A DNA stretch of 64,000 bases. It comes from Lama glama (Eukaryota). Positions 23,780 through 37,085 of the stretch are shown piece by piece. Position 1 is the first letter of the stretch. The number at the start of each line of letters is the position of its first letter. Below the pieces are notes generated by a model that saw only the letters and a program-made list of their open reading frames with translations, ran no database searches and was not told the origin of the DNA. The stretch covers positions 13,020,001 to 13,084,000 of the forward strand of contig CM052848.1 in assembly GCA_028534125.1 (NCBI GenBank), given 5' to 3'. A program made the position numbers and the translations under genes.

Positions 23780-24240
23780 ATGAGAGCTTAAAAAGTAATT
23801 ACACATATCCTTTCCTTCCACTTGTAGGAGCAGCCTGGGCGTGCGGAAGATAATCTGGGCCATGCAGAGTAACCTGAGAAGTCTGTCGCCGCACCCGACC
23901 CGAGATTACCGACCACAACCTTGCTCTCGCGTTGTCTGGCTCCATAACTGGGATCACACCGTACGTGCCACTTGGTGTCCTGCCCTCTTTGTATTTCGAG
24001 CATTTCGCTTGCCATCCTACAATCCCTTGGAAACATGATTAAATGGCTACTTAATGTACTGGACAGACTATAATGTTGCTACCAATTCTTCTAAGTTTGG
24101 ACACTGTCAATGGATACTTCCAATCAAATTGCTAAGAAGTCTATTTACACAGTTACAGAGTAAACCTGTTGTGGCAAAGGCGGTAGCCCCCCCGCTTCCT
24201 TTTGATCCTTTGAGGCAAACACTTTCTGTTCCGTAGCTGA
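23780..24240 (-). mobile_element. Old L1 (L1ME-like) 3' fragment
   Basis: CATAACTGGGATCACACCGTACGTG...TTCTTCTAAGTTTGGACACTG resembles a degenerate antisense L1M 3'UTR. Confidence 0.45.
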
Positions 24241-24979
24241 TTATTTGGGAATTCACCTGCAGATCTTCCAACAACTCACATCGCTACAACTGGAATCTTC
24301 AGTTTGGGGCCATGACTGATGGCTCCCCCAGGACGATGAGCATGTCTGTGCCACCACCGCAGCCCCCACGACTTACCAGACCCTGCAACACCCTCCCCCT
24401 ACCACGTCCTCCGGGGCACAGCTGCTGGGAGCGCAGGGAGACCACGTCAGCACAACCTCACATCCTCGTCCTGCGTGCTGCCAAGGTGCGCGGCAGAGCT
24501 GGCACTTTCCCCTTCGGCTCACCTTTTTGTTTCCCTGGAGTTAGAACTTTCCTGAGGTCCAGAGAAGCCAGAGAAGGAGACCGGGTGCCTGGCTGACCCG
24601 GGGGACGTCATGTGAGCTGTGACAGCTCTGGGCCGGCACTTGCTGTGGCAGCTTCAAGAACACAGCTGCTCCACTTCCAGTCTCCAAACGCACACAAAAT
24701 GCCCCTCTGGCCAAGGGCATCTGGAGCCACTCAGGAGGGGGCTTGGGGCACACTTCCGGTCCACGGAGTCGCCCGGGGCAGACGTGGCCCTAGCTCCCGG
24801 TCTGGTTGGTCTGTTGGCTGGGGTCACCACTGTGTCCAGGTGAGCCCTTCATCTCTTTCCTTGATTCACACACCTGTTTCCTGGACCCCTTCATTGATTT
24901 ACCCTCTTGTTTCGTTGGCACATCCTCAGGAACACTTAAGAACAGCAGGGAGCCACAGGCAGTGAGTACTTTAGGTCCC

Positions 24980-25670
24980 AAATGTCTGAAAACGGCTCCA
25001 TTATACCCCTTAATTCACAGCTTGGATGGACGGGCATAAAGTTCTAGGTTAGAGGTCGTGTTCTTTAAGCACCTGGGGCTGAAGCTGAGTTCAAAGCCAC
25101 CTGAGTCCCAGTCTTTGTCGTTAATCTGTCTTTGCATCTGTCTTCCTCCCCAGAAGTCTAGCATCAACTTGTTCCCTGGATTCTAAAGTTTGGTGACTTG
25201 GTACCCGTTGTGTTGGAGGCTCCATGGGCCCCAATCTCTCCACCAAGTTCCTTTCCTTCATTTTCTCTTGATGGAGCGCCTATCCTATCAGAACTGAGCT
25301 CTGGAACTGTGTCTTCTAATTTTCTCTGCGATTTTTCTTTCATTCATTTGGTTGGCTGGTTGGTTGGTTTTTGCCTTTTTTTCCTTCTACCTTTGGGGAA
25401 ATTTTCTCAGCTTTTTTTCCAAACCCATCCATCGGTTTTTAACTTCTGCTGTCATTTCTTAATTCCCTCAAACTTTTTGTCCTGTAACTATTCCTTAAAA
25501 ACAGCATGTTGTGCACGTGAGCAAGTCTGTCTTTCTCTCTTAGATGCTAACCTTTCTCTCGTCTTTCCGGAGGTGCTGACACCAGCGACCACAGGGACTT
25601 TCTTCTACTCCAGGTTTGTCTGTTTTGTCTATTTTACGGTGGAGGCGTCACCCAGATGCCACTGATGTCT
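24980..25670 (-). mobile_element. Old L1M/HAL1 5'/ORF1-region fragment
   Basis: T-rich antisense tract with GGCATAAAGTTCTAGGTTAGAG and TTCTACCTTTGGGGAAATTTTCTCAGC motifs. Confidence 0.45.
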
Positions 25671-26886
25671 GGTCCCTTCCCTGGATGTTGAGAGAGTCAC
25701 CCAGATTCTTCTCTCCTTGACACCAGCTGGGGCTTAACCTCTGCACAGGTGTTGTCTCAGTCATGATCGAAAAGTGAGGCAAAACACAGCAGGGTTTTTA
25801 TAAAAATACACTTTTATCATCAGCACAGAAAGCACTTTTTTTCCATGTGATTTTTTTTATTTTAGGATTTTTTTTTTAATCCATCAGCTGTCACTATGGT
25901 AGCCTGCTCAATGTTTAACTTCACAACTGATTTCTCTCAAAAAGCAAGTTGTTTGGCGTTTTGTTTGCTTCCTTTTGGAAAACTTTAATGGACTCTTGAT
26001 AAAGGAGTAATTGTAATAGCTTAAGGGGTTCTCTGCCTCACTCTCAATGTAAAGATTTGTTTCTCTGAAGTAAACACTTTTCTCACTGTAAGTGGCCGGT
26101 TCACTGGAGAGGCACACCTGTCCCCCTTGAGAAGTTCACGGGAGGCCTCGGCACACTTGGTTACAGATGATTTAATAACGTACAAACACATCATCAGAAG
26201 AGCGGTGAGTGTGTGCCCGCGGGCGGCTCTGGGACACACACAGGTGGCTCCGTAAACCTGTCCTGCGAAGTGCAGGCTAAGCTCCCTCTGTCATTCTCAG
26301 TGGCTTCTGCCTAGTCTCACTCTGGCTTATTACTAGAAAAAAGTTTGAAGTTCTAAAGTAAGTACACTTATTTTGTTCCCCACTTTTGAACAACAGGGAG
26401 GCAGTCCAGCTCTGAATTTTCTAGACAGTGCGAGAAGCCAGCTAGAATTCCAGTGTCTTAAAGACAAAATTTGATGTTCATGGTTTACGGGCCAGAGCCC
26501 TTCAGCTCGATGATACATTTGTTTTCTTTATTAAGCCAGTGGAATCAACCAGATGCTCTCCAGCCAGAGAATAATGGTCTGCCACTAATGAAAACCCACC
26601 TTGTTTCTCACGTGGCTGTCCAGGCAGCCTCTAGGGAAACGTAGCCGGAGAGATGCCAGGGCCCCAAAGGAAGCAGGCTAAGACTCCCACTGTGCTGGAC
26701 ACCACGCAGCAGCGCCCGCTGAGGAGCAGTTGAGGGTGAACCCTGTGCCTCTCAGCAAAGCTACATTTGCTCCGGGCCCACTTCCATCCAGACATGGGCA
26801 TGTGGTGCCAGGCGAGGTGTGTGGGTCCCAGCACAGCAAGCCTTAGCCCAGTGCTCGTAGTAGGAGCTGGTGCAGGTCCGTGGCCA

Positions 26887-27000
26887 TGTCCATGGTGTGT
26901 CCACAGCGTGTCCATGATGTGTCCACGGCATGTCCATGGTGTGGCCACAGCATGTCTGCCCATGGTGTGTCCACAGTGTGTCCATGGTGTGGCCACAGTG
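26887..27000. repeat. Minisatellite, ~5 copies of a 22-bp unit (TGTCCATGGTG-TGTCCACAGCG, two related 11-mers)
   Basis: Directly visible tandem array. Confidence 0.9.
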
Positions 27001-30000
27001 GAAGCTGCTGTTGACGCAGGACCAGGTTCTGAATGGAACAGTTCAGCTGGAAAAAAAGATCTGCGGAGATATATTTGTCCAGGACCTATGCTCACCCCTT
27101 AAAGTAATTGTGTCTCAGAATATTCCGGCATCACTGGTCTTAAAAAGGTGCTCGGCCTGGCTGCCCTGTCCCCTCAGCAGCCAGGACAGCTACTCTGGGG
27201 TGCAGGGCAGGGGGTCCTTCCTCAGGAAAGGACCTAACATCCAGGTGGCCTTAGAGCAGACTTTGTGGTCAGACTCAAATACCACTTGGTTTAGCTCAGC
27301 AATTTGATGCACTGGCTTGATTTCTTGGCTCACTGATTTTTGCCAATATGCAACCCCCATTTGGGGCTCATACTGACTTAAAAAGATAATCTACCTACTT
27401 GTTTACCTTTCCATCCATCTCCCTCTTCATTACTTGGCAAATAAACTAAACGCATCTGGCTCATTCTGCCCACATTCTAACACAAGGAAGCTAAGATTAC
27501 GGGTTAGTCTGGTCTGGGGTCCTGGTTTTGTTACTGAGTTTGGCTCCTATTCAAACTATTCAAGTTATTCAAGTGGGTCTTTGTAGTTAATGTGACTCTG
27601 AAACCACCAAATCTCTAAACCAGCACAGACACCGTCTGTGTCCCCAGAACAGGGCTTGGAGGGAGATCCGCAGTAGGTGAGGGGTTACAGGGCACAGGGG
27701 AGGACAGGAGTGGGGCCAGGTTCGGGGGCAGTGCAGTCAGTGGAACGACTGTGTTTAAACAGGGACCGTTTGGGACATTTTTTGCGCCAGTGTTCTTGTG
27801 ATTTGTTCACTTTCTTTCACACCTTCATGGCTGTTAGTCCTGGGAAGGGCCTTTGGAAGAGGGCACAGCACACGTGAAGCAACACTGAAGAAACACAAAG
27901 TCGCTGTGAGCAGTGGCACGGGCGGAAAGACAGCAGACGGACCCAACACGGAGAAGAGAGCGGCCGTCGAGAGAGTCCCAGAGACAGGCCTCCCACAGCC
28001 CGTGAGAACCCTCCCCCAGATCATGAAACCGTCAGAGAAGGGATGAAGGGGTCGGGGTTAGTTCCCTGAAGCAGCTCACGCCTGGGCCCAGCAGACGAGT
28101 CAGATGACAGCTGAAGGGATAATGGCTGTTTGTAGTAACACCAAAGAAAGCCCTCAATTCCAACGTGAATGTCACCGTCACTGAGTGACCTCTCTGCAGA
28201 TGCAGATGGAGGATCAGTCTAGTGACTTCGGTGGACCCGATGGGGAGAAGAAACACAGCATCTAACAGTGGCGTGGGAGGTGGCTGTGGTCGGTGCCCAC
28301 AACGGGGAGCATTTTCCATTTACAGTCAAGGTATTATCCAAACACGACAGCCCGCCAGGGCCCTGGCCCAGGAGGGGCTGGTCAGGCGAGGTTGGTCCTC
28401 CGGCCACGGCCACACACCTCCACCCCTCTGGCACCTCTCTCCCCCCAAACCCCACCTCCCGCCTTGTCTTGCTAGAGCTGCACCCAAAGACCCTCCTTTG
28501 CAGATCAGAGCCCACGTCCTGGGGGGCAGCGCAGAGTGAAATGTCCGAGCTCCAGGACCTCCTTGGGAGGCTGGAATTTTGGTTGATGAATTATCCGTTC
28601 AATTCAATTGGTGAATTAGCTCTCGGCCAGTGGAGAGTATGAAGTCAGGGCTGAGCTGGGCAGAGAGGGCATCCCCTCACCCCCGCCTGTCCGCCCTCCC
28701 GGGTCCCCTCCGCCCTCCCGGGTCCCCTCCGCATGTGTCGCTCAGTCCCACACAGTGACACACCGGGGCCGCCCCGTGTTGAAGGGCGGACTGCTGAGTC
28801 AACATCGGAGCGTATCCGAGCCCCTTTTCCATCTCCTCTGTGGGGTCCAGGCATCTGGACCCCAACCGACCTCACGGAAGATGCGCTGGGCTTTCCCCCC
28901 CGCGGGCTGGGTCGGCTGAGCAGCCCTCCCCGCACACAAGCTCAGGGCCCTGACCCCTCCTTCACTCCCGCCACCAGAGGGTCCCTGGATCCTTGAGACG
29001 TGACGACTGTGTGAAAGCGTTTGGTGACCACGACTTCAGGCTGTGACTGTTTTGTCTACTTAGGCCTCACCTCATCCCCAAAGAAAGGGTTAAGGCAACA
29101 GTACTGTCATGACTGTTACCCGGACGCCTGGACCCTCCTATGGCGACGTGATGGACGCACGACATTTGTGATGGTTTTAGGGGAAAAGGGCCCCTTTGCC
29201 CTGTCAGTGCCGAGCCCCACGTGGCTGCAGGTGTCAGAGCGAGGCCGCTGTGGGCTGACCTCATCAGGTAGGAAACGGGCCCATAAAGGAGTGACTGACG
29301 CAACTTCCTGCGAGGAAGCTCTTCCCTGCAAGTTATCAGGCGGACCCCCCGGCGCTCCCGCGGAAAGGGCAGTTTCCCGGGGAAGAGTCTCTCCTGTGAT
29401 GAGGAGATTCGGCAGCAGATCGATCCTGTGGGTCTGACTTGCAGCACTGGCTCCAAAGCAGAGGAGGGGCGACCTGTTGGGGCAGGACGCAGGCCTCCGG
29501 AGCCCCTGCCCGGCGAGTCCCTGGGGGTGAGCGTCCTGGGCCCCCTCCTCTGTCCATCTGTCCTTCGTCACTAGTGCTGCGGCCGAGAGGCCCGGACAGC
29601 ATGTCCAGCCGTCATTACTGGCCTGTGTCCGGGGGTCAGCAGGTTGGTTGGATCCTGACACTGAGGCTGCATCCTCTGGTGGCCGTGGGACATCCTGGGA
29701 CCCGTGGGTGGCCTCGCAGTTTGCTGCCTGGCCACTAGCCATCTCATGACGGGGAACCTGGCTGCTGTCTCTGCATCCGGTCGGTCACTCATGGCTCGTT
29801 CGTGCACACACTTAGGTGCCAATTCAAGTGTGTGGGCAGGCCTCAGACTTACTGCCCCGACGTCCTCCTTCAGAAAAGAACCATCCTGCCTCCAACTTCC
29901 CTTTGCTCCTTGTCCTGCCTGTGCAGGTTCCACGCGGCCTGGATTCGAGGGCTCTGGAAGTTGACTCCCCACCTAAACCTCCAGCGGTGACCTCCAACCT

Positions 30001-32938
30001 CACAGCCAGGTGGGTGGGGCTCTCTGCTCAGCAGGCTTGGTACCCAGGGCTTCCCTAGAAAGCCCCACCCTCTCTAACCAAATCGTAGTAACCGACTTGA
30101 AATTCCTTACATTTTTATTTTAAGTGGATTTCATGTAAATGAAGCAGGCCTTTTCATGTCATCGAAAGACTATTTTAAAATTAAGAGGTTAATTAAATTC
30201 CATAACCTGTCCTTCGTGCTCACAGACCTGATAGCACCGAAGAGTGCCTGGTGCAGGAGGGTGAGGGATACACACTAGCTGAGTGGGAGAGTGGGGGAGT
30301 GGGGGAGTGAGTGAACGGATGGGTGAAGAAACAGCTCCACCTCCGACGGGGAGGCCCTGAGGAGAGAGAGGGCTAGGCAGGCTCACGTAAGTAGAGCTTC
30401 CCACCAGTGGGCAGGGCTATCCAGAGTCCTGGACCATTTTGGTCAATACAACCAATTTGTGATCCACATTCTGCCCCTTGACAGTTTTTGGAAGCTTCCC
30501 AAGCTGACTGTCCCTGTGAAGCGACTGCCGGTGGGACGCGTCTAGCGACCAGCGTCTGTACTGACAGATCCGGAGCTCGGGGGGCACACAGTCTGTAGTT
30601 AGCAGCTTCCCGTCTTTTGCTCCCCCAGGGCCCCGTGAGGCCCCAGAGCGAATGTGTGGTTGAGGCTCTTGTTCAAGTCCAGACATCGCAGCGCTTACAC
30701 GATGCAGCCTTGCTGTGCGGGGCTGTCTTTCTGGGCCACAGCTGCAGAGGCCACCTGGCCACACGGCTATTAGGAGTGGGGTCTGGGAGGTCAAGGGTGA
30801 GGGGGCAGGGGCCTGAGGGAGGGGGCCTGCCCTCAGCACCTGCAGGAGGCCTTGTGGGGACTGAGCTCGGCCAAGGGGAGCCAGTGGACACCTGGGGCCC
30901 CATTTCCTCCCCCAGCCCCCACTCCTCCCCTGCCGGTAACCCCTGCCCTGTGCTGCCATCGCCCCACCCATACCTGGCCAGGCCGTCCCCACTGCCATGC
31001 TGAGCCTGGCATCCTGAGGAGCTCAGGCTCAGGACTGTTGTCCACGACCACGGGGCCCCTCCATGGCTTTCCTTGGGGTCAGAGGGCCTCTCCCCTTTAG
31101 CTGGGACTCCTAATGGCTGAGATACACTGTGAGCACCTGGTGCCCTGCTCTGCCACCCAGTCCCCACAGTAGCCGGGGGATGGTAAGGTGTCCCCAGTTA
31201 CAACAGAGGAACCCAGGCTCGGAGCAACCAACAAGCAAACAACCCCTCGGCCCAAGTCACCTGGCCAGCGCGTGTGGCTGGAGCCAGGTCCCAGCGCCCC
31301 TCGTGGGTTGGACACAGCCTGCTCTGCCAGGCCAGATGCCAGTTCTGGGTGGTGGCAGCTGGCGCCCCTCTCCTGTCCTTGTTTCTGAGGACACATCACC
31401 ACCCCAATCCGCTGTTACTATCCATCGAAGTGCAACCGAATTTTATGGATATCTGGATATGTCTGGACAACTTACTTGGAGAAAAAGTAATTTGACAAAA
31501 TGCTTAGAAATTCTGCATAATCTAATTTTTCTAAGCACCTGGACCATTAATCTCGTCCATAAGTAAATACAACAGCTGCAGAGGAGCACTGCTGCTCTCT
31601 GGAGAGGCAGGATCGATTGATTTACTCTTCAGGGCTGAGTCGTATCTTTGGCGTTAAGAATCAGGCTCAGTCTCCGTCCCAAAGACGTGACTTACAACAT
31701 CACGAGGACATGAGGTGGAACCAACTTTGCCGATTATCAGCTGCTGTCCTAGAATGATCGCTTAGAGCAGCTGCAAACACGAGCTGGCCCTCTGGCCCCA
31801 GGGCCGCACGTCCATCCGGGGCTCAGCGAGCCGAGGACCGAGAGGCCCCAGCGCCTGCTCCTTCGTGACTGTTCCTACTCCTTTTCCATTTTTCCTTTAA
31901 TTGTTGTAAAAAGTGAGACAATCTTCTGAGGACTAGGAGCCCTCGCTGGCTTTGTCCTCTATCCTGTGGGCATCTCCGTAGCCACCCTGCACCTGAGCCT
32001 TCCTTGCAGGTTGGACGTGGGGCAGGACCGGCGTCTCTGGAGCGGGAGCAGGAGGCCCACCTCGTGCAGAACGTACATCCTGCGTTTGGACCAAGAAAAC
32101 TCGGTGAAGGGAGGCAACAGACCTGAACAATTCCTCATCGCCCGGTGGCCGTGGGGGTTCTCGTCTTTGGGCCATGCACAATTTTCCCTTGGTCTTCTTG
32201 TTAAAGAATCGTTGTGTTTACAGTATGAAATGTGCCCTCTGTGAATAAGATGGGGAAGAAAGAAAACCATTTTTGCTGAAGGGCCCAGAAGGCAAGATTC
32301 TCAGACAAAGGTGTTTTAAGTCCAGACACCCCAGGAGACACGAGCACTACAGGACGGCCCATAGGGCAGATCGAGGAGCCGGGGCGGCGGTGGGGGCTGA
32401 GTCCAGCGTCCTACCTGCCTCCCCACCGCAGCTTGCTGAGCATGCCTCTGGGAGGGGCTCAGGTGCATTTTTAGGGCAAGTTTTCCTCAGAGCAGCCAGT
32501 TGTCTGACCGTCTCTGTCGGGCTCCTCTGAGATGCCACCCTCATCCTCTGAGGGGCCCCTCCCAGGTTAACCTGCAGAGGAACACGCTGGGCAGGCTGGC
32601 CGTCACCTTCCTCCTGGAACCGGAGAGGAGACATGCAGCCAAGACCCTCTTCCTTTGACCCAGTAAGCTCTGTGACCCGGTTAAATTGGTTTTCACACTT
32701 GCATCCATCAGCGTCACAGGGCTGTCACCTGCAGGCATTCAAGAGAGCCTCTTGGTTCTGATAAGCTGCCTCTCTTTTCTCTGAGCTTTATGGGACATGG
32801 AAATTTATGGGTCTTTTAAATAAAGTCTCTGGATCACACTAGTGCAAAAATGTGCCAGGTTGAAAAAACCCATCGGAACTTCAGATTCTCGCTCTTCGGA
32901 GCTATTCTTCATTTGCTCAGAATAAACAGCAAAACTGA

Positions 32939-33100
32939 GAGTGTGTAGCTGTGTGTAAGTGTGTGTGGGTGTGTGTATACGTGTGTATGTGTGTAACTGT
33001 GTGACTGTGTGTGCATAACTGCCTTGTGTAACTCTGTGTGCGTGTCTGTGTGCACACACACGTGTGTAACTGCCTGTGTGCAAGTGTGCGCTGTGTGACA
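32939..33100. repeat. Degenerate (TG)n-rich low-complexity repeat
   Basis: GTGTGTAGCTGTGTGTAAGTGTGTGTGGGTGTGTGT... with a recurring GTAACT subunit. Confidence 0.9.
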
Positions 33101-36100
33101 ATATCTGTGCAGCCACCAGCCGTGTGGCTCCCTGGCCCTTGAAGAACAGCTGGTCTGAGCTGGCATGTGCAGCAGGTACAAAGTAGGCACTGGGTTTCAA
33201 AGATTAAGCATGAAAGAAATGGTAAAATATCTCACTTGTTTTAAAATCAATCACCTGGTGAAATGATGTTTTAGTACACTGGGTTAAATAAGACACAGTG
33301 TCAAAATTAATTCCTTGTTTCTTTTTACCACAGTCTGTGGCTCACACCCCATTCCCCCAGAAAGCACAGGTGTGACTCCCCCAACCTCAAAGCCCAGATT
33401 TCAGGGCCATGGATCCAACGTCTTTCCTGTGGGCACCGAACGCCTGACTGGAATGTCATTTTGGGCCCAAAGAGTCCTTTGGACGCAACGCGCCTTTCTA
33501 CAGCACTAGGAGGCATTAGCTCTGGGCTCTTGCGTTCAGGGCGCGTGCACAGCCGTGTGCGACCACGGGCCCCTCCCATGCCTGGGGTTTCCACCCGGTG
33601 TCTTGCGGGCCCCACGCCTGCCTTCGCCAGGACCTGCACGCTGGCTGTGGAGGAAGCTCCGTGTCCGTGGCCCAGCGGGGAGACTTGCAGAGAAGCGCTT
33701 CAGTGCGTGTCTGTGAGCATCTCTGTCCCACGGCTGGGGCTGGGGAGGCAGCTCGGCCCCGGAGGCCTGGGGCTGCTTCTCCACGTGTGTGGGGGCCTGG
33801 CTCCCTGCTCCCAACCTGGACCCACATCACTGACGCTGGGGCCAAAGCCACCTCCGCCCCATTTTCATCTCTTGTCCGCCCTGAGCTGCGTCTTCCGGGG
33901 CCTCTCAGCCTAGCCCGGCACTTCCACACTGAGAGACTGGGCTCTGCCGGCTTTCCTGGTTCACTGTTACACTCCCCTCCTCCATCAAGGTCCCAAATAG
34001 TTGACCAAAATATTTATCCAAAAAGCCGGTTCTCCTCCCAGAGGGGAATTCTCCACTTCCTTATGTTGCCCCAAACCCACTGGTATTCGGCCGACACCAG
34101 AGCATTCATTCCACAACCAGCAGGGAAGTATGCGGAATGTTTGCTTTAGAATATTTTCTGCATACTTTCTGGGCTCAAACCAGTATCTGGTCTATCCACG
34201 TAAGAAATAATAACCCAAGAGGGAGAGGGGTCAGTTATATGAAAGGCTGTGCTTTTCAAACTATAGGGAAAAAGCAGCAAGCGGCCTAGGTCGCCAGCGT
34301 CCTGCTTTCATCATAATTGCTCAAGAAAACCTCATGTTCACGGTATTTTAAATTCTTTTTTTTTTTTTTTTGGTGGGGGCAACTGAAATTTCTGAGCGGC
34401 TCAAGAAGACAAAGTTCGGGGAGAACTAGACAGGTGGCTGGTGGGAGGCCCCAGTGCTGCCCGCCTGGTCACTCCCAGCGCTGGGGTCCCGCGGAGCGCG
34501 GACAGGATGAGGTCAGGATCCCATTGCTGGCTATGGGGTCGGGCTTGGGTCCCTGTCAGCTAATAGGTGCTGGACAAATGGTCATTGATATGTAGACACT
34601 GAAGGAAAGGATGAGTGTTTAATTCCTCTTGTTTCAGTTTTGAAATTTAACCACCAACGGCAAGCACAATATTGAAAAGTGATCGCCAAACACTGGTTTT
34701 CTGATGCGCCAGGAATTCTCCAGCTTCCCAAGAAATGTCAGAAGGTCCTTCAAACTTAAGTTTCCGTTAATACAAACAAACACAGACCATACAATTTCTA
34801 GAAACAGGGGCTATCTTAGTGCTTTAAGCATGGGCTCAATATATTAAAGTATTTTTCTTTTGGGAGATCACAGTTTTTCTGTTTTGGAGTAAGCTTTGAG
34901 TCCACATAGTCCGATTTTTCTGAAGCAGCAAACAAATCGATTCTTAATTCTAAATGTTCTCTGGGGCAAAAATGGCAAAACGCAAAAATTCCCTCACATG
35001 TTTGAGAGGCATCTCCGGTGCTCATCCAGTTGCTTGTGGTCTGTGCCTAAGAGCAGCGGAACGAGCTGGGTCCCCGCCTCGCCCAGGTGTTGCCCTCTGG
35101 TTGCACTGGCAGGAGGGTGGGGATCCGGCATCGCTGGTCAGTCCCCATGCTGTGCAGCCACGATGGCCGGGGGCACCTGGTCCCACCGGCATCCTTCTTG
35201 CCTGGAAGAGAACGACTCCCGGGGGACGATCTCGTTTCAGGCTTGTCGCAGGTCCAAGGGAGCAAACAGGCTCAGCTGAGCTTTTCAGCCAGAACAGGTT
35301 GTGCTGGGCCCCAACCCCAAGGCTCCCACTCTGGGCTCTGGGGTCATGGCCATCCCGCCTCACGGGTTGCTCGGGCCAGGGTCCCTGCCCTTCTGGCCCA
35401 GGAGGTGCCACCATGTGGTACTGCTGCCCACTCCGGGGCATCCCGCTTGGATTGCTGGGCTGAAACAAAACAGCCTCTCAGGCGCTGCTGTAGCTTCAGG
35501 CTAGAACAGAGCTTCCCAAGAGCGGCTTAAACCCCAGGGCAGCCCATCTGCTGGAGGCCAGGCTGTACGCTGGCCCCTCCGAGGAGGCTCTGAGGCCCGG
35601 GGCCTCGGCTAGTCCCTGGGGCAGGGCCCCTCACTTCTCTGTGAGGTCACGCTAAGCTCTGGCTGTGATCACTGCCCGTCCTGCGGGTCTGCTGCTCCTG
35701 TGAAGGGCTGGGGGCTGACGGGCCGGCTGTTACAGTTCCCCAGAGAGGGAAGCCCTGCTGTCTGCCATCCCAGCCGGCGGCCTCTCAGATGCACCGTGGG
35801 CTTCAGTCAGTCCTTGGCTCAGGGGTTCCCATCTTCCCGCACTGTCCCCTCAACGCCCGGCTGTCCCCCTCAGGGGCCCCTCCGTGTCATCCAGCAAGCA
35901 GCTCTCCCTGGCCTCCTTCATGTAGAAGGCTCTCCTGGCCCCAAAACCCACCGTCCTCTCTTCTTCTGACCCTTTGGATACTAGTTTATGTCTGTCTGTC
36001 ATCTTCACAGCTGGAGCTCAGGGCCCCACACTTAACAGACACTAAACCTTCTTCCATCCCAATTACATCAGCGACGAGTAGGCGCTGATGGAGGTTCATG

Positions 36101-36489
36101 GCCGTGCTGGCTGTGGCTCTTCTGAGACAGAGACAATCCCCTTGATCTCAGATTGACTGAGCTCCTCATTCCAGGTCAGGGGACGGGCATCGGAGCCCCT
36201 GCCCCATGGGTGTGCCCAGCACCTTCCCCTTCTCAGGCTCCAGGTCGCACCCGGGAACCTGCCTGGCAGACCCTCCCTATCGTGCCCCACGTGGCCCTGG
36301 TCCGGGCGAGTCTGGGTCACACCAGCATCACCAGGGCAGACCCCTTCCCGCAGGTCCTCTGCCTCCTTTCCTGCCTCTGCTCTTAAGTGAGCCGATCTGT
36401 TACCAAACTTCAAAAGGCAGGAGGTGCCGTCCCTCCCTCCCAGGGGCCCGGGAGCTGACGTAGGGTTCCCAGTCCCTGCCTCATGTCTT

Positions 36490-37085
36490 TTCTTAATTGA
36501 AGAACGATTTGCATAAAACAGAACACACAGGTCTTCAGAGCTCAGCTGGATGAGTTTGGATAAACACTTGCATCACTTCCAGGAGCCCCCGCGCCCCTTG
36601 CGGGACCCCCCAGGGCCTCCATTTCTACCACCAGAGTCCAGCTTCACTTACTCTAAAATGTCATCCACGTGGGGCACGCACGTGTTGTGTGTTTCAGCGG
36701 TTCTTTTATGGCTAGGCGGGGCTCAGTCAGACTTTGCAGCCCTGTCTGGCGTTCACCTCCGGGCTCCTTCTGGCTGTTTGTGGCTACAGACACCCTTCAT
36801 CAGAACTTGTCTTGTTGGCTAAACGGGAGAACGGCTGGTGCTTAAAGCAGAGGCATGTTTATCGGAATAGGATGCGGCTGAGCCGGTTTCCAAAGCACCA
36901 CGTGGTCCCCGCGGACGTAATCTCCCAAGGTCAGCGCATCCCTGGTGTGGAGCCGCGTCTCGTAGGGGATTCCGTCTGCATCCCCGTGATGGCCAAGGAC
37001 ACCGAGCACCTTCCTGTGCTCGTTCACATGCATGTATTTCCTCCTGTGTGAAGTGTCTGTTCGAATCTTTGCCGTTTTTGAGAAC
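36490..37085 (-). mobile_element. Old L1 (L1MB/L1ME-like) 3' end, antisense
   Basis: TTAATTGAAG...GATGAGTTTGGATAAACAC...GAGCACCTTCCTGTGCTCGTT...CTGTGTGAAGTGTCTGTTCGAATCTTTGCC are antisense L1 3' signatures. Confidence 0.7.
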
